Assembly (NCBI GenBank): GCA_964016885.1
Contig: OZ024740.1
Location: 295,368,001-295,432,000, forward strand
Direction: 5' to 3'
Length of the DNA: 64,000 bases
DNA from: Eledone cirrhosa
Lineage: Eukaryota
Shown: piece after piece, positions 47,979-60,368 of the stretch
How the letters are laid out: each line of letters opens with the position of its first letter
Position numbering within the stretch: the stretch's first letter is position 1
Notes under the pieces: model-generated
What the model was told of the DNA's origin: nothing
What the model saw: the letters and a program-made list of their open reading frames with translations, nothing else
Database searches by the model: none
Position numbers and translations under genes: made by a program

Positions 47979-48499
47979 CGAATTGGTGTGGTAGAGATTA
48001 TAATCCTTCTTAGGTCATCAAGACAGCTATGATGAAGCGAGGAAAGTAACCTAAAAATAGAAACCCAAATGCTTGGAGAAGAGTGGACTCCACTAAAGTC
48101 ACAAAAGTGCTTTGAGGTGGTTTTAAACTGGGATTTCAATTAAGTTTACAAGCCAAATAAACAGAAATGAGCTTTGAACACATATAACTGGAACAAATAC
48201 CTCAAAGAATCTCAGCCAACTTTCTGAGAATTTCAACAATCCATTACCATGGATTGATACTTTATTGAAATAATGAATAACCAATTTGAGCTCAGTGAAG
48301 AAATATAGAAACAATAGTGCAAAGTATTTGCCCCCTAGTATAATGACTGGTAACTCACTGCTTTAATCTTGTTAAGTTTATATTCTAGATTCTAGCTGTA
48401 CAGTTATGATTAGTCTTTAAGCTGATGTCATGGGAATCAGAAGTTATCTCTCAATACTTATCAGAATCTGTCTAATCTTATTTTGATGGTAAAGGCTAT

Positions 48500-49130
48500 T
48501 TACATGAAGTGACAAATATCCATGTAATTAACTCGATTTTAGCTCTTGTATATAAGGAGTTGTTAGTTGTATGCAAAGCTCTTTAATATGGAATGGGCAC
48601 TCTGACACATAGGAAATTATCTCAATGCTCTTAATGGTATTATATCTAATAATGAGATAGTTTATGTGTACGCACTTATGTGATCTTGAGTATGTGTATG
48701 TAAGGAAGGATGAAGGAGGTAAATGCATTATAGGCTTATTACATAATCCTCAAAACGATAGCTCAGCTAGATAAAAACAATTCATTGATACAAAAAAAAA
48801 CTTCTAAAGTATTGCTTAAGTATTGTTGTTTCTTTAGATAGTTATCTGAATAATGACAAGCAGGTTTTGTGACACCTTCCTGCATTAGAGACAGCCATTG
48901 TTGTTGTTGAGGTGTTTAACTCCGTCAATATTCCGATATGCCCAGTTCCTGGTTGGGTTGTTATTTCTCTAAGGAACTGGAATCATATGAATTCGAACAA
49001 ACGAATTTCAGCGTCAAAGGACACCCTCTCCTCCCATTGGTCAGTTGTAAGAACATTCCTCAGTCAAAAGTCTATAGAAATTCTTTCTGAGAGTGAGGCA
49101 ATCTGTAGTGATTGTTTTTGTTATTGTTAA
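48500..49130 (-). pseudogene. Possible highly decayed LINE AP-endonuclease remnant
   Basis: Weak minus-strand motif resemblance only (PMGGEGV; TYTY...HINYLII...VSECP vs APE GGGV; TY..IDY..SDHxP); multiple stops. Confidence 0.25.
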
Positions 49131-49706
49131 GTACAGCTGACCTCCTCCCTTATGTTGGTAGTGGTGTTGGTCAGCTTAAGTCCGACTGCTGCTATTTTTA
49201 GAAGAATTTGTGTGTGTGTGTAGGCATCTATCCTGCCAACATTTCTCGTGGTGGTGGGGGTTTGTGCCAAGCAGATGAAGAAGTAAGATAAAGTAAAATG
49301 GGGAAATAAAAGGCAATAAAATGAAGAAAATAAAAAATTAAAAAATGAAGAGAAAAATAAAATGAAATGAAAAGGTAAAAAACTAAAAAATAAAAGAATA
49401 AAATAAAAAAGTAAAATAAAATAAAATAAGAAAAATAAATAAACAAAAAAATGATAAAATAGTAAAAGGAATAAGATAATAAAAGAATAAAATAAGATAA
49501 TCAAGTAAAATTCGTGTGTGTTATAACCAATCTCAAAGTTTGAAAGATTTGGAAGATATTGACCGAAGTAGATAGGCTGTGTCAGAATCAATCTTTACAC
49601 TTTCATGGTGTATTTTACATTACTCCGGAGTAACCAAACCAACCTGCGCACTTCGTCGAGTGCTCCATTCTGCATACTAGGTGTCGGTAAACAACAAACA
49701 TATACT

Positions 49707-49780
<74 letters not shown>

Positions 49781-50428
49781 TGTACACAAGCATACACACA
49801 CACACACACATATTTATATGTGCGTGGTTTTGTATACCTATGGTAAGGTTTTGCGTATGCTTGTGTATGTACGTATCTGTTTGTGTGTATGTATTTATTT
49901 GTTTCTATTACTTCTGTATTGTATTTATTTACTTTGTTCTTAACTCTGTAGCGGAGATTCATTTGGTCTCCTAGTTAGAATTTTAGTCTTCGTTTTTTCG
50001 TTCATTGCCAGAGAACGTCTCTATGCACCACCTTAAAGAACATTAGTCTACGACCTCTTTTATACCATAAACGTGGTTCTGTCTTTGCGCGTAATTGTTT
50101 TTCACCGCTCCTATTAATGACGTATTATTCGTTTTTTCCCGTTCTTTGCCAGCGAACGTTTCCACGAACCAAAGTATCGTCTTCCTGTCTTCCTCCGGTT
50201 GCAACGTTTTTTTTAAATATCCAGTTCTGCGTTTACAGATTGACTTTATTAGTTTCAGAAGATCCCGTTAAGGGTGAAAGCAGCGATTCTTTGCTTAAAC
50301 TTTAATCTGTTATTTTAATAAATATTTGCTCTACGGTTCTTATATATTTGATATATATTTTCCTTATCGAGCCCTCTTTGGATTTTAGTCTTCAATTTTA
50401 TTATTATTACTATACATATATGTATATA

Positions 50429-50501
<73 letters not shown>

Positions 50502-50925
50502 TATATATATTCAGGGTGTGTGTATGCGTGCGTGTGTGTATGTGTGTGTCTGTGTGTGTGTGCATTCACAGTTCTACAAGAGAAGACATTTTCATAATGG
50601 TGATGATAATGATGATGATGATAATAAAAAAAAACATCATTATCATGAAGTATAATGATCATCATTGTCATCGTTATTGACAACGACAACGTCATCATCG
50701 TCGTCCACATTGTGGGCCCCGTTATTATATTCGTCATCGTCATTACCATTTACATCGTCATCATCATGTATGGTCCTGTCACTCATGAGGGAATCGTAGG
50801 ACCGCCATATTGATATACAGTATTTTAAAACCTGGCGAAGCCCATCTCTCCAGTTTCTAAATACAGCAGATTTCTTCCAGGGAAACACAGAGAGAGTGAA
50901 AGAATGGAAGTGAGAAAGACTCGGC

Positions 50926-51080
50926 GCTAGTATTTGATTGACACTTTTTTTTTATCAACCTCGAATGGATAAAAGGCAAAGTTGACCTCGGTGCAATTTG
51001 AACTCAGAGAGCAGAGAGTCGAAACAAATACCACGAAGCAATCTATCCGACGTTCTAACGACTCTTCCAATTCGTCGCCT
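50926..51080 (-). mobile_element. Diverged tRNA-derived SINE
   Basis: AAAGGCAAAGTTGACCTCGG..ATTTGAACTCAGA core plus A-box-like end on the minus strand. Confidence 0.75.
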
Positions 51081-51096
51081 ATTATCTCTCTATATA

Positions 51097-51284
51097 TTTG
51101 TTTCTACTTTAGGCACAAGGCCAGCAATTACCCAGTACATTACTGGTACTTTATTTTATCGACCCCGTAAGGATGAAAGGCAAAGTTAACCTCGGCGGGA
51201 TTTGAACTCAGACTGTAAAGGGGCGTAACTATGCTAGAAAGCATGGCGTCCAACCCTCTACCGATACTGCCAATTCACCGCCCC
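51097..51284 (-). mobile_element. tRNA-derived SINE, near full length
   Basis: Minus strand starts GGGCGGTGAATTGGCAGTATCGGTAGAG (A box), then GAGTTCAAATCCC (B box), conserved core and tail. Confidence 0.85.
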
Positions 51285-51649
51285 TATATATATATTAGCA
51301 AGAAAGATATCTAATAAAGAAAGATATATATTAGCAGATGTCTGTGTATTTGTATGTCTGTGCACATAGCCAATGAGGGAATGAGAGAGAGAACAGGCTA
51401 AAAGAGAGGAGGTGTTACAAAGGGTGAGAGAGAATATGTGTGAGCGAGAGAGAATATGTGTGAGCGAGAGAAACACAGAATGAGAAAAAGACAGAGAGAA
51501 AAGAGAAAGAAACACAGAGTTTCTATAGAAGTTGAAAGAGAGGGGGATAGAGGGAGAGAGAAAGAGAGAGAGACGCTGTATGTTTGATACTGTATGTATG
51601 TTCTATAGCAGAAGTTGAAAGAAAGCCGGCACAAAAGGAGGGGGATAGC

Positions 51650-51683
<34 letters not shown>

Positions 51684-52168
51684 GAGAGAGGCTGTGTTTG
51701 ATACTGTATGTGTCAGTGTAGATACATGTATGTGTGTGTGATGTGTCTGTAAATAAGATGGGAAGGAAAGCCATAACTATTAACATGTGTGCGTGTGTAT
51801 GTGTACGTACACGCGTGTGTGCGCGTGTGTGGCGTTCCACAGAAGTAAAATCTGTCAACATGAGTGAGTGTGTGCGTGTGTGTGAAAGCGTGCGAGTGTG
51901 CGTTTGTGTGCGTGTGTCTGTGTGTGTGTATGTGTGTGCGCGTGTGTGCGTGCGTGCGGCGTTCCACAATCTCCATTTATTTCAATCACTCTGGTGAAGA
52001 TATTCGCGTAACTTTCACTCAGTTTTTCGTTTAATCCCCATTTTAATTTTCAAAATAGTTTCCGATAAAAATGTTCTCACTCTCTACAAGAGGAGACGTG
52101 TAAATGTAGATGATCAGTATTCTACAGTGAAGCAAAGACGGGTACAGGTAGCCAGAGCAAGGTCACTA

Positions 52169-53113
52169 GAGACTCCTGTACAACGACAGCAAAGATATGA
52201 AAATGACCGGAGGAGAGCTGCTGCACGCAGTGCCAATGAGTAACAAGAGGCAAAGGAAAAACGGTTAGAACAATTACGTTAACAAAATGCAATCCGCCGG
52301 AACCAAGAGTAAAAAAGGAAAGATAAAAACGTTTAAAGGATGCAAGACAAAGACAAGCTGCCAGAGTTGCCAATGAGACAATAGGTCAGCGAGAGATTAG
52401 ACAAAGAAAAAAACAGGAGCAAACAGTTGCTGCATGACTTCGCCAATCAGAGGAAAGACGTAAGCGTCTTGATCAAGATAGGGTGAATACGTTTGACAAA
52501 AGAATTGTACCTTTCAAGGGTGGTGGTGGTGGGGGGGGGGGGGTGGAGAAGATCAGCATTCAGCTATGATCCAAAACATGATTATTCTATAGAGAAATTG
52601 ATTGATATTGGAGCAATATCAAAAGAGTGCAGTTTTTGTAAAGGAAGAAATGGGAAAGAGAAACCACTATTGTGTTGTGGAGGAGAAACGGTTGTTCTAC
52701 CGACGTTTGGTACACCCTCAAATACTTTGAAGCCATTGTTTTGGGGAAACACATCAAGGAGCATGCACTTCTTGAAAAACATTTTGAATTATAATTCTGC
52801 TTTCCAAATGACCTCCTTTGGTAGCAATATTATAAGAGAAGGGAACATGAAGCCAGTTCAAGGTCAAGTATACCATCATATTGGAACTTTGTTGCCAACT
52901 GGAGGCAAAAATCCTCTGTTCTTGCGGCTATATTTTATGGCAAATTACAAGGAGCAGGCTTTGCAACGGTCATTTAACCTTCCAAATTTGAAAGAAGAGT
53001 TAATCTTTGATCTGCAAAATACATGCAAACAATAGCTATATCAGAAGCTTCAAGTATGCATTAGAATCTGCACCACCCACTGAATACAAGATAGTTATTG
53101 ATGCAGACAAAAA
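52169..53113 (+). pseudogene. Helitron RepHel N-terminal region (23-aa STPR-like repeats, CxxC..CC zinc region, YNSAFQMTSFG / QGQVYHxIG)
   Basis: ORF 52493-53035 has CSFC...CCGG, FLKNILNYNSAFQMTSFG and VQGQVYHHIGTLLP, characteristic of Helitron RepHel; stops and frameshifts present. Confidence 0.85.
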
Positions 53114-54245
53114 GCATCGTCTGGCATTGCTGCAGCCTTCACTCAGGATGACGAACAGCTCATTCTACTTTTAAATTACCGCTAAACCTGGTCACAAATG
53201 ACATTCCAATTTGTAACATCAACAAAGGTTCAGGTTCAGCAGAAGTGTTGCGCCAATGCCATTTGATCATTTGGATGAATGTACCATGTCACATAGAAGT
53301 GCAATGGAAGCTCTTATGACATAAGAGGCATAAGAGGCAACAATAAATCTATGGGATGAGTTACATTAGTTTTATCAGGAGACTTCAGACAGACATAACC
53401 AGTCATTCCGAGAGGAACAAGAGCTGATGAAATAAAAGCATGCATTAAATCTTCGCACCTATGGAATAAAGTACAGAAATTCTCTTTCAATACTAACATG
53501 CGAGTTTTATTACATGGCGACCAATGTGCAGAACAGTTTTCAACCCGGCTCCTTCAATTGATGGGAATGATGATATCAATTTGGCTCATATTGCTATCAT
53601 GGTGAACCCCCCAGCTGAATTGAAGAACAGGGTATTTCCAGACTTACGTAATAATTATGATTCACAAATGGTTGTGTGAAAGGGCAATTCTTGCTCCCCC
53701 CAAAAATGCGACAGTAGCAAGGACAGTCATTAAGGAGTACAAATCTGTTGATTCAGTCCTTGATGAAAATTAAGCTGTCCACTACCCAACATAGTTCATT
53801 AATTCTCTTGAACCACCTGGAACTCCTCCACGTAAACTTTTCTGAAGGTAGCAGTCCCAATAATGCTTCTAAGAAATTTAGATCCTCCTAAATTATGCAA
53901 TGGGACAAGGTTAATTGTGAAGACATATCACCTAATGTGATAGAAGCTACCATCGTCACTGGATGTGATTCTGGGGAAGAGGTTTTCAATCCAAAAATTC
54001 CCATCAAACAAACAGACATGCGATTCGAGTTCAAACGAACACAATTCCCAGTGCGACTTTGCTTCGCAATGCCTATTAATAAAGCTCAAGGTCAGACTTT
54101 GAAATTTACTGGCTTGCACTTAATTGAACTTTGCTTTTCTCATGGTCAACTTTATGTTGGTTGCTCGAGGTGGGTAGTTTACAAGACTTATTTGTCTATG
54201 CTCCAAACCAGAAAACAAAAAATGTTGTTTACCCAGAAGCTCTTA
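53114..54245 (+). pseudogene. Helitron Pif1-family helicase, decayed
   Basis: Motifs across frames: ASSGIAA, RTAHSTFKLPL, DECTMSH, LSGDFRQ, LLRNLDPPKLCNGTRL, QFPVRLCFAMPINKAQGQTL, FSHGQLYVGCSR. Confidence 0.9.
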
Positions 54246-55031
54246 CGCAATTTCCTTCAACATATGTGATAGAATTTATCGCCCTTCATAAAAGTGGTTA
54301 ATTTTGTATTTTCGTTTTTTTTTATTGTTATTATTATTTTTTTTTTTGTATTATAAATTCAGAATTGATTTCATCATGTATCCCAATTGAAGAATAAATT
54401 GAATTTAGACAAACAACTTTCTATATAACATATTTTGCTTTTTTCTTCTAATATATAAGGAACAATTTCATTCCCGGGAAACGCCGGGTGCCTCTGCTAG
54501 TCAATAATATAATAACAGCAATTGTAGTTTCAAGCACCTAATACTTATTTACCCTTGGTACTTTCCAGTGTAAATTAAGCTTAGGTCAGACCCACTATAT
54601 TTTTAGTACTATATTTCAGATTATCCCATTTTCTTAATAGGGCCCCTCGTGTAGGCTTCTTTCTTTGTTTTACTACTTTCAGTTAGGTTTCCTTTCTTTC
54701 TTTCATTCTTTCTGTCTTTCTTTTTTTCTTTCTTTCTTTCGTTCTTTCTTTCTTTCTATTTCTTTCTCCCTTTTGTTCTTACATTAAAAAAAGAATAATT
54801 AATCTGTGGGATGATTCAAATTTCTGTCAGTACACAATGCTTCCTCTGTGATGGCTGTTATGTTGGTGAGTATATAGAAAGATAGGGTGAAAGAGAAAGA
54901 CATACAGCCAAACAGAAAGAAAGGAGTGGATGGGGAAGACGAAAATAAAAGAGGGAAAGGGTGGTGGAGTTGTTCCATCATGTTTAGTGTGTAGATGAGG
55001 GAAGACGAAAGTTATTATTATTATGGCGGTA

Positions 55032-55590
55032 GGGCGGTGGATTGGCAGTATCGGTAGAAGGTCGGACGCCATGCTTTGACACATTGAGTTATGGCCCTTT
55101 ATGTTCTGAGTTCAAATACCACCGAGGTTAGCTTTGCCTTTCATCCTTACGAGGTCGATAAAATAAAGTACCAGTAATGCACTGGGGTAATTGATGGTCT
55201 TGTGCTGAAAGTAGAAACAATTATTATATGGTGGATTGGCAGTATCGGTAGAGCGTCGGACACCCTGCTTCGCGACATAGAGTTACGGCTCTTTACGTTC
55301 TGATTCCAAATACCGCCGAGGTTAGCTTTGCCTTATCATTCTTTACGAGGTCGATAAAATAAAGTACCAGTAATGCACTGAGGTCGATTTAATCGACTTT
55401 CCCCTCTCCCAAATTTGCTGGCCTTGTGCCTATAGGAGAAATCATCTTGCAGCAAAGAGTTACGGCCATTTATGGTCTGAGTTTAAATCCCGCCGAGGTT
55501 AACTTTGCCTTTCATCCTTACGGGGACGATAAAATAAAGTACCAGTAATACACTAGAATAATTGCTGGCCTTGTGCCAAAAGTCGAAAAA
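55032..55590 (+). mobile_element. Three head-to-tail SINE copies (~55032-55222, 55229-55445, 55456-55590)
   Basis: A box GGTGGATTGGCAGTATCGGTAGA in copies 1-2, B-box-like GTTCAAATACC variants and the CTTTGCCTTTCATCC..CGATAAAATAAAGTACCAGT core in all three. Confidence 0.9.
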
Positions 55591-55639
55591 ATTATTATTA
55601 TATATATAGGGAGAGTGGGAGTGAGAGGGAGACGGAGAA

Positions 55640-55670
<31 letters not shown>

Positions 55671-57067
55671 AGGAGAGCATAATTGTGATAAAGAAAATTA
55701 AGTCAGTAAAATAGGTTAAGTACAAAATACTAAGTGACTTTTTAGAGATTCGAAATCCAGATCTTAGACAAATAATATGCAGTTGCAAATATTGTTGCTG
55801 TCACTATTTAGTTCCAGCTCTAGCCTGATTGGTGAAACCGATGATCAAAGGCGTTTCAGCTGTGACCATCCTATATATCCTTTTTTAATACTGTAGGTGT
55901 GACTTAGGCGGAGGTTTGGCTGATGTTTCTATCATGCAAAGCGCTCACATTGAGACTTTTGATGGTTTAAATGTCGTTGTGTTCTCGTTGCTGTTGTTTA
56001 ATCCCAGGTCAAAGGCATTTCGGATGTGACAATCCCATCTTTTAAAAAAATCTATAGCCTTAGTTTATGTGTTCTTCTCTTTGCATTGTATAATTTGAGA
56101 GCATTGTATAATTTGAGAGAGATTTGTCTGCTATTGCCAGCAGGTTTAGCAAATGTGTTAGGTCCACAAATAAAAGTTAGAGAAGGGTCATGGGTAAATA
56201 ATCGAATAGAATGCTTCGTTGATTAGATCTCAGCTAGAGGGGGATAACAATACGAACATCGTCCCAACAGCAACAGTAACGACAGTATAGGGTCAATAAT
56301 TGTTGTTTGGTTCCATTTTAAGTTTAAAACTTTTTAGTATTTACATTACTTTGTATATTCTACTATATTTTCACGGTAAAGACTTTACCTAACATAATTA
56401 TCTCAATATAATATCGGATCTATGAGATTTTGATATTGTTTATTTTGAGAAAAATACCTTAACATCAGTATGAGCGGCAGGCTACAGCTGGTTTGAACAG
56501 AAGAAGTGAGAACATTCTGGCTGGATATGGCCGGTTTAAATGCTAAAGGGTTAACAAAATTGACCTTTATCCCTTTCCTCTGTAAACTGTGTATAATGTT
56601 TATCTTTCTTCTTATTAAGCCTTCTGTATTTCCATTACATGTTGTAGTGAGTAATTCGAAATTGATCAAATGACCCGTGACTCTGAAGAGTTTTACAGAT
56701 TTCTCTACGTCTCTTCCCTTCACAAACGCATCTCATAACAACATTACGGCGGCACAATTATTTCACCTCAACTAGTCCCGCTGTCTTTAACATTGCACAA
56801 AAAAAAAAACAGAAACAGATCCCATAAAATTCAAAATGCCTTTGGAAAAATTCCCCCAAGAAATCCCGGATAAACCTCCTACACCCGCATTTGTCTCCGT
56901 TAAACAATAACTCTCTACTTGAGTAGGCCATGGTATCCAAATTCTGATTTGAAAGATCTTCACCAAGTGGTGCTATTAAGTTAGACATGGCCTGGGCTAA
57001 TATTGGCCAAAACCTATCAAAGTTATATATATATGTATGTATATATATATATATATATATATTAATA

Positions 57068-57355
57068 TAGTCTGACAGTCTTAAACCCTAAAACTCCCTC
57101 CACCTTACTCACTTCCCTCTTCCCCTTCTCTTCCTACCTCCTTCTTTATCTTTTATCTAGTGTATAAAATATTTTCATATCATTCTAATACAAAGGTCTG
57201 ATGACATGGTGTGTTGGCTTACAGTGTACTTTCGGTTTTTGATAATATTTGTGTATTATTCAAGTAGCGAGGTATAGGTAACTCATAGACTATAGAAACA
57301 ATTGTTACCTAATAAATTCTATATACCCGCATTTCCATTTCGTAAATTTTTTCTC
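57068..57355 (+). repeat. 5' pseudo-LTR (288 bp)
   Basis: Direct repeat of 60085-60372 (offset 3017); two substitutions seen by eye. Confidence 0.95.
57194..57310 (+). ncRNA. Type I hammerhead ribozyme with long stem II and minimal palindromic stem III
   Basis: AGGT-CTGATGA-[~90-nt rod]-GAAA-CAATTG-TT-ACCT then AATAAA; predicted cleavage after GUU (57306). Confidence 0.8.
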
Positions 57356-57517
57356 CATATTTTCTCCGGATTTTAAAACACACTTTATTATACGTTGAGC
57401 AATCTCTGACGTCAGTTGACTACATCCAATGCAACTACTTAGTAACATTGGAATACAAATTAACTAATTCTTCACACTCCTTTACAGTCGAGCAACCTAT
57501 CAACCCGCGTCTTTGAA

Positions 57518-59800
57518 ATGGAAAAACATCATTGTGGTATGTCCTTAAAAAACATACCAATTCAGGGTAAAAAGGATTACATTCTTGGTATGATACAAAG
57601 GACCAACGAATTTATTCGGCGGATTAGATGGAAGGCCTTCCACTTCGATAGGAAAAGGATTACACAAACTTCGGACACCAACAACGAGAAGTTTGGTTTC
57701 AAATCCTACAAAAACCCACCCTCTAACCCTCTTTTGGATTCTTTCGAACAGGACTTAATGAAAATGATAACCGGAATCAAATTTACAAACGGAAGGAAAA
57801 ACGAACTGCAACGAGATATTAAAACTCTACTCAACAACCTAAGGAATACCAAAGGAATTATCATAAAGGCAGACAAAACTTCGAATCTATACACCCTGGA
57901 TGTAGAAACATATAACAATTTTATACGTAAGGAATTACATAGGAAGTACAAAAAAACAAACGCAACTACACTAACCAACATTAATAACGCAGCATGTGAT
58001 ATTGTTAGGAAACTGAAAATTGACGACAGAACGGTACCCCTATCCCCAGCTACACCGACTTTTAATCTGAAGGACCATAAGGATAACTTCGATACTAACC
58101 CTAAAATTAGATTAATATGTCCTTCAAAGTCCGATATAGGTAGGATTAGTAAGTACATATTAGATCGTATTATCCCCCAAGTTAAGGCTAAGGTAGATAT
58201 TAAATTATGGGGTAATACTCATCAGGCAATAAGATGGTTCAATAACATTAGGGACAAAAACAAATCTTCTTTTATTCAATTCGATATAGATGAATACTAT
58301 TCCTCTATTTCACCTGAAACCCTGCATAAGGCCCTCTCTTTCGCTAAGACTAACTCGGACCTCACAAACGAAGAAATTAATATTATACTTGAAGCTAGAC
58401 GCACAGTAGTGCACTTTGAAAATAGTTATTGGGTCCGCAGGGATAGACCCTCAGAATTCGACATTACGATGGGTTCTAATGATTCGGCGGAGGTCACGGA
58501 TTTGGTTGGGATCTATATAGCCCATAGACTCCAGAGCGAATTTACGGACCTCCACGGCGGAATATACCGCGACGATACACTTCTATTAGTCAAGAATATG
58601 AACAAACAAAACCTAGAAAGGCGACGTAAAAACATTAGGAAACTTTTCTTAGAACTAGGGCTTAATATTACCTTTGAACACAATCTAAAGGTGGTCAACT
58701 TCTTGGATGTCACCTTCAACCTTAATAACGGTAATATAGAGCCATTTCACAAACTTAATGAAAATCTTAAGTACGTTAATGTAAAATCGAACCATCCTCA
58801 TTCCATTATTAAATCTATCCCTAAAAATATATCCATAAGGATCTCCCGACTGTCGTCTAATTTGCAGACCTTCAACGAGCATGCAGAATATTATAATGAC
58901 GCACTTAGAAAAGCTGGTTACTGCGAGAAAATTGAATATCTAGACGATAACCACATAAGTACTATGAATAAAACACATCTAAGTCGAACTAGTATTGCAC
59001 CACACACACACATCAATAGGCATACTAACAGGTGCAAACCAGCAAATAGAGTCAGACGTAGAGAGTACATATGGTATAACCCCGTGTACAATTCTTCTAT
59101 TAGCACTAAGATTATCTCACAATTCTATACACTAATCAATAAACACTTTACAACTTCACATAAATACTATAAAATCTTTAACTCGTGCACCATTAGACTC
59201 TCATACTCCACTGCACCTAACATAGAACAACTAATTAGAAAACTCAACTCAGCAATACTGAATAAGTACATCCCTAATGACTCAGCGCACCAGCATAGCA
59301 ACATACAACGCACTAACACGCAACCACAACCCCACCAAACTATCCAGGATTCTACTGCAAAACATAAAAATAGTTGTAACTGCACCAAACCAGGTACGTG
59401 CCCACTGAATAACCAGTGCCTAGCACGCAATATTGTCTACCGGTGTACAATAAATTCCGGGACCAACAAATGGTATTACGTCGGATGTACCGCAACTTCT
59501 TTCAAGGCTCGCCTATACCAACATCGATTTTCGATCAGGCACGAGAAAATGCGCTCCGTAACAACCCTCGCTGATAAAGCCTGGCAGCTTCGGAGGAACA
59601 ATCAAGCGTTCTCCCTTGATTGGCAAATTATTGCAGCTGCGCCTGCATATCAGCAAAATCATCGATTCTGCAAGTTATGCAATTTAGAGATATACTGCAT
59701 TTTAACGTCGGTAAACAAACTTTTGAACAGCAAAATTGAACGTTCTCTATATTGTAACCATCGTTTGAAAACGACTTTTTCTTTTTTTAAATGCATATAA
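57518..59800 (+). CDS. Penelope-like reverse transcriptase with C-terminal GIY-YIG endonuclease (760 aa)
   Basis: IKADKT, QFDIDEYYSSI, TMGSNDSAEV, IYRDD, NFLDVTF, SNHP; Cys linker CNCx5CPLx3C; IVYRC..YYVGCT..FKARLYQH; C-terminal CKLC and CNH. Confidence 0.95.
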   Translation: MEKHHCGMSLKNIPIQGKKDYILGMIQRTNEFIRRIRWKAFHFDRKRITQTSDTNNEKFGFKSYKNPPSNPLLDSFEQDLMKMITGIKFTNGRKNELQRDIKTLLNNLRNTKGIIIKADKTSNLYTLDVETYNNFIRKELHRKYKKTNATTLTNINNAACDIVRKLKIDDRTVPLSPATPTFNLKDHKDNFDTNPKIRLICPSKSDIGRISKYILDRIIPQVKAKVDIKLWGNTHQAIRWFNNIRDKNKSSFIQFDIDEYYSSISPETLHKALSFAKTNSDLTNEEINIILEARRTVVHFENSYWVRRDRPSEFDITMGSNDSAEVTDLVGIYIAHRLQSEFTDLHGGIYRDDTLLLVKNMNKQNLERRRKNIRKLFLELGLNITFEHNLKVVNFLDVTFNLNNGNIEPFHKLNENLKYVNVKSNHPHSIIKSIPKNISIRISRLSSNLQTFNEHAEYYNDALRKAGYCEKIEYLDDNHISTMNKTHLSRTSIAPHTHINRHTNRCKPANRVRRREYIWYNPVYNSSISTKIISQFYTLINKHFTTSHKYYKIFNSCTIRLSYSTAPNIEQLIRKLNSAILNKYIPNDSAHQHSNIQRTNTQPQPHQTIQDSTAKHKNSCNCTKPGTCPLNNQCLARNIVYRCTINSGTNKWYYVGCTATSFKARLYQHRFSIRHEKMRSVTTLADKAWQLRRNNQAFSLDWQIIAAAPAYQQNHRFCKLCNLEIYCILTSVNKLLNSKIERSLYCNHRLKTTFSFFKCI

Positions 59801-60084
59801 TGTTACCTTTTTACACCAGCGTTTGCAAATTTCTGTCTTATATGTTTATACACTAGATATGGCTTTCTATAATAATAGTACTAAACACTGTTTTTCTGGA
59901 CCCCTTTAGAAATAACCTGCTACTATAATAGCCCTAATAACTTGTCTGTGACACTGTACTACTTTGACCCCTCTAACTAAATTTTGTCCGAACAACACCA
60001 CTAGAAGAATCTACTTCCCAGCCAACCTTAGCACGCCTCATTAAGCTAACTGCTGCCAAAACATTCTCTCTTCACAATCTCTAC

Positions 60085-60368
60085 TAGTCTGACAGTCTTA
60101 AACCCTAAGACTCCCTCCACCTTACTCACTTCCCTCTTCCCCTTCTCTTCCTACCTCCTTCTTTATCTTTTATCTAGTGTATAAAATATTTTCATATCAT
60201 TCTAATACAAAGGTCTGATGACATGGTGTGTTGGCTTACAGTGTACTTTCGGTTTTTGATAATATTTGTGTATTATTCAAGTAGCGAGGTATAGGTAACT
60301 CATACACTATAGAAACAATTGTTACCTAATAAATTCTATATACCCGCATTTCCATTTCGTAAATTTTT

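Larger units (their letters stand above)
51310..54500 (+). mobile_element. Helitron, non-autonomous internally deleted copy
   Basis: 3' hairpin CCCGG-GAAACG-CCGGG (54473-54488) then CTAG (54497-54500) followed by T; candidate 5' A|TC at 51310 (start uncertain, ~51284-51310); RepHel remnants inside. Confidence 0.85.

Noticed and set aside
50145-50300. Hammerhead-like GAAACGTT (-) and CAGAAGA..CCC/GGG..GAAA (+) motifs
   Set aside because: Core CUGANGA is broken and stem I is not convincing.
56500-56554. piggyBac-like terminus (..GCTAAAGGG-TTAA)
   Set aside because: No matching second TIR found, so an element cannot be delimited.
57706-59430. Antisense ORFs within the Penelope ORF
   Set aside because: Short shadows of the real coding frame.
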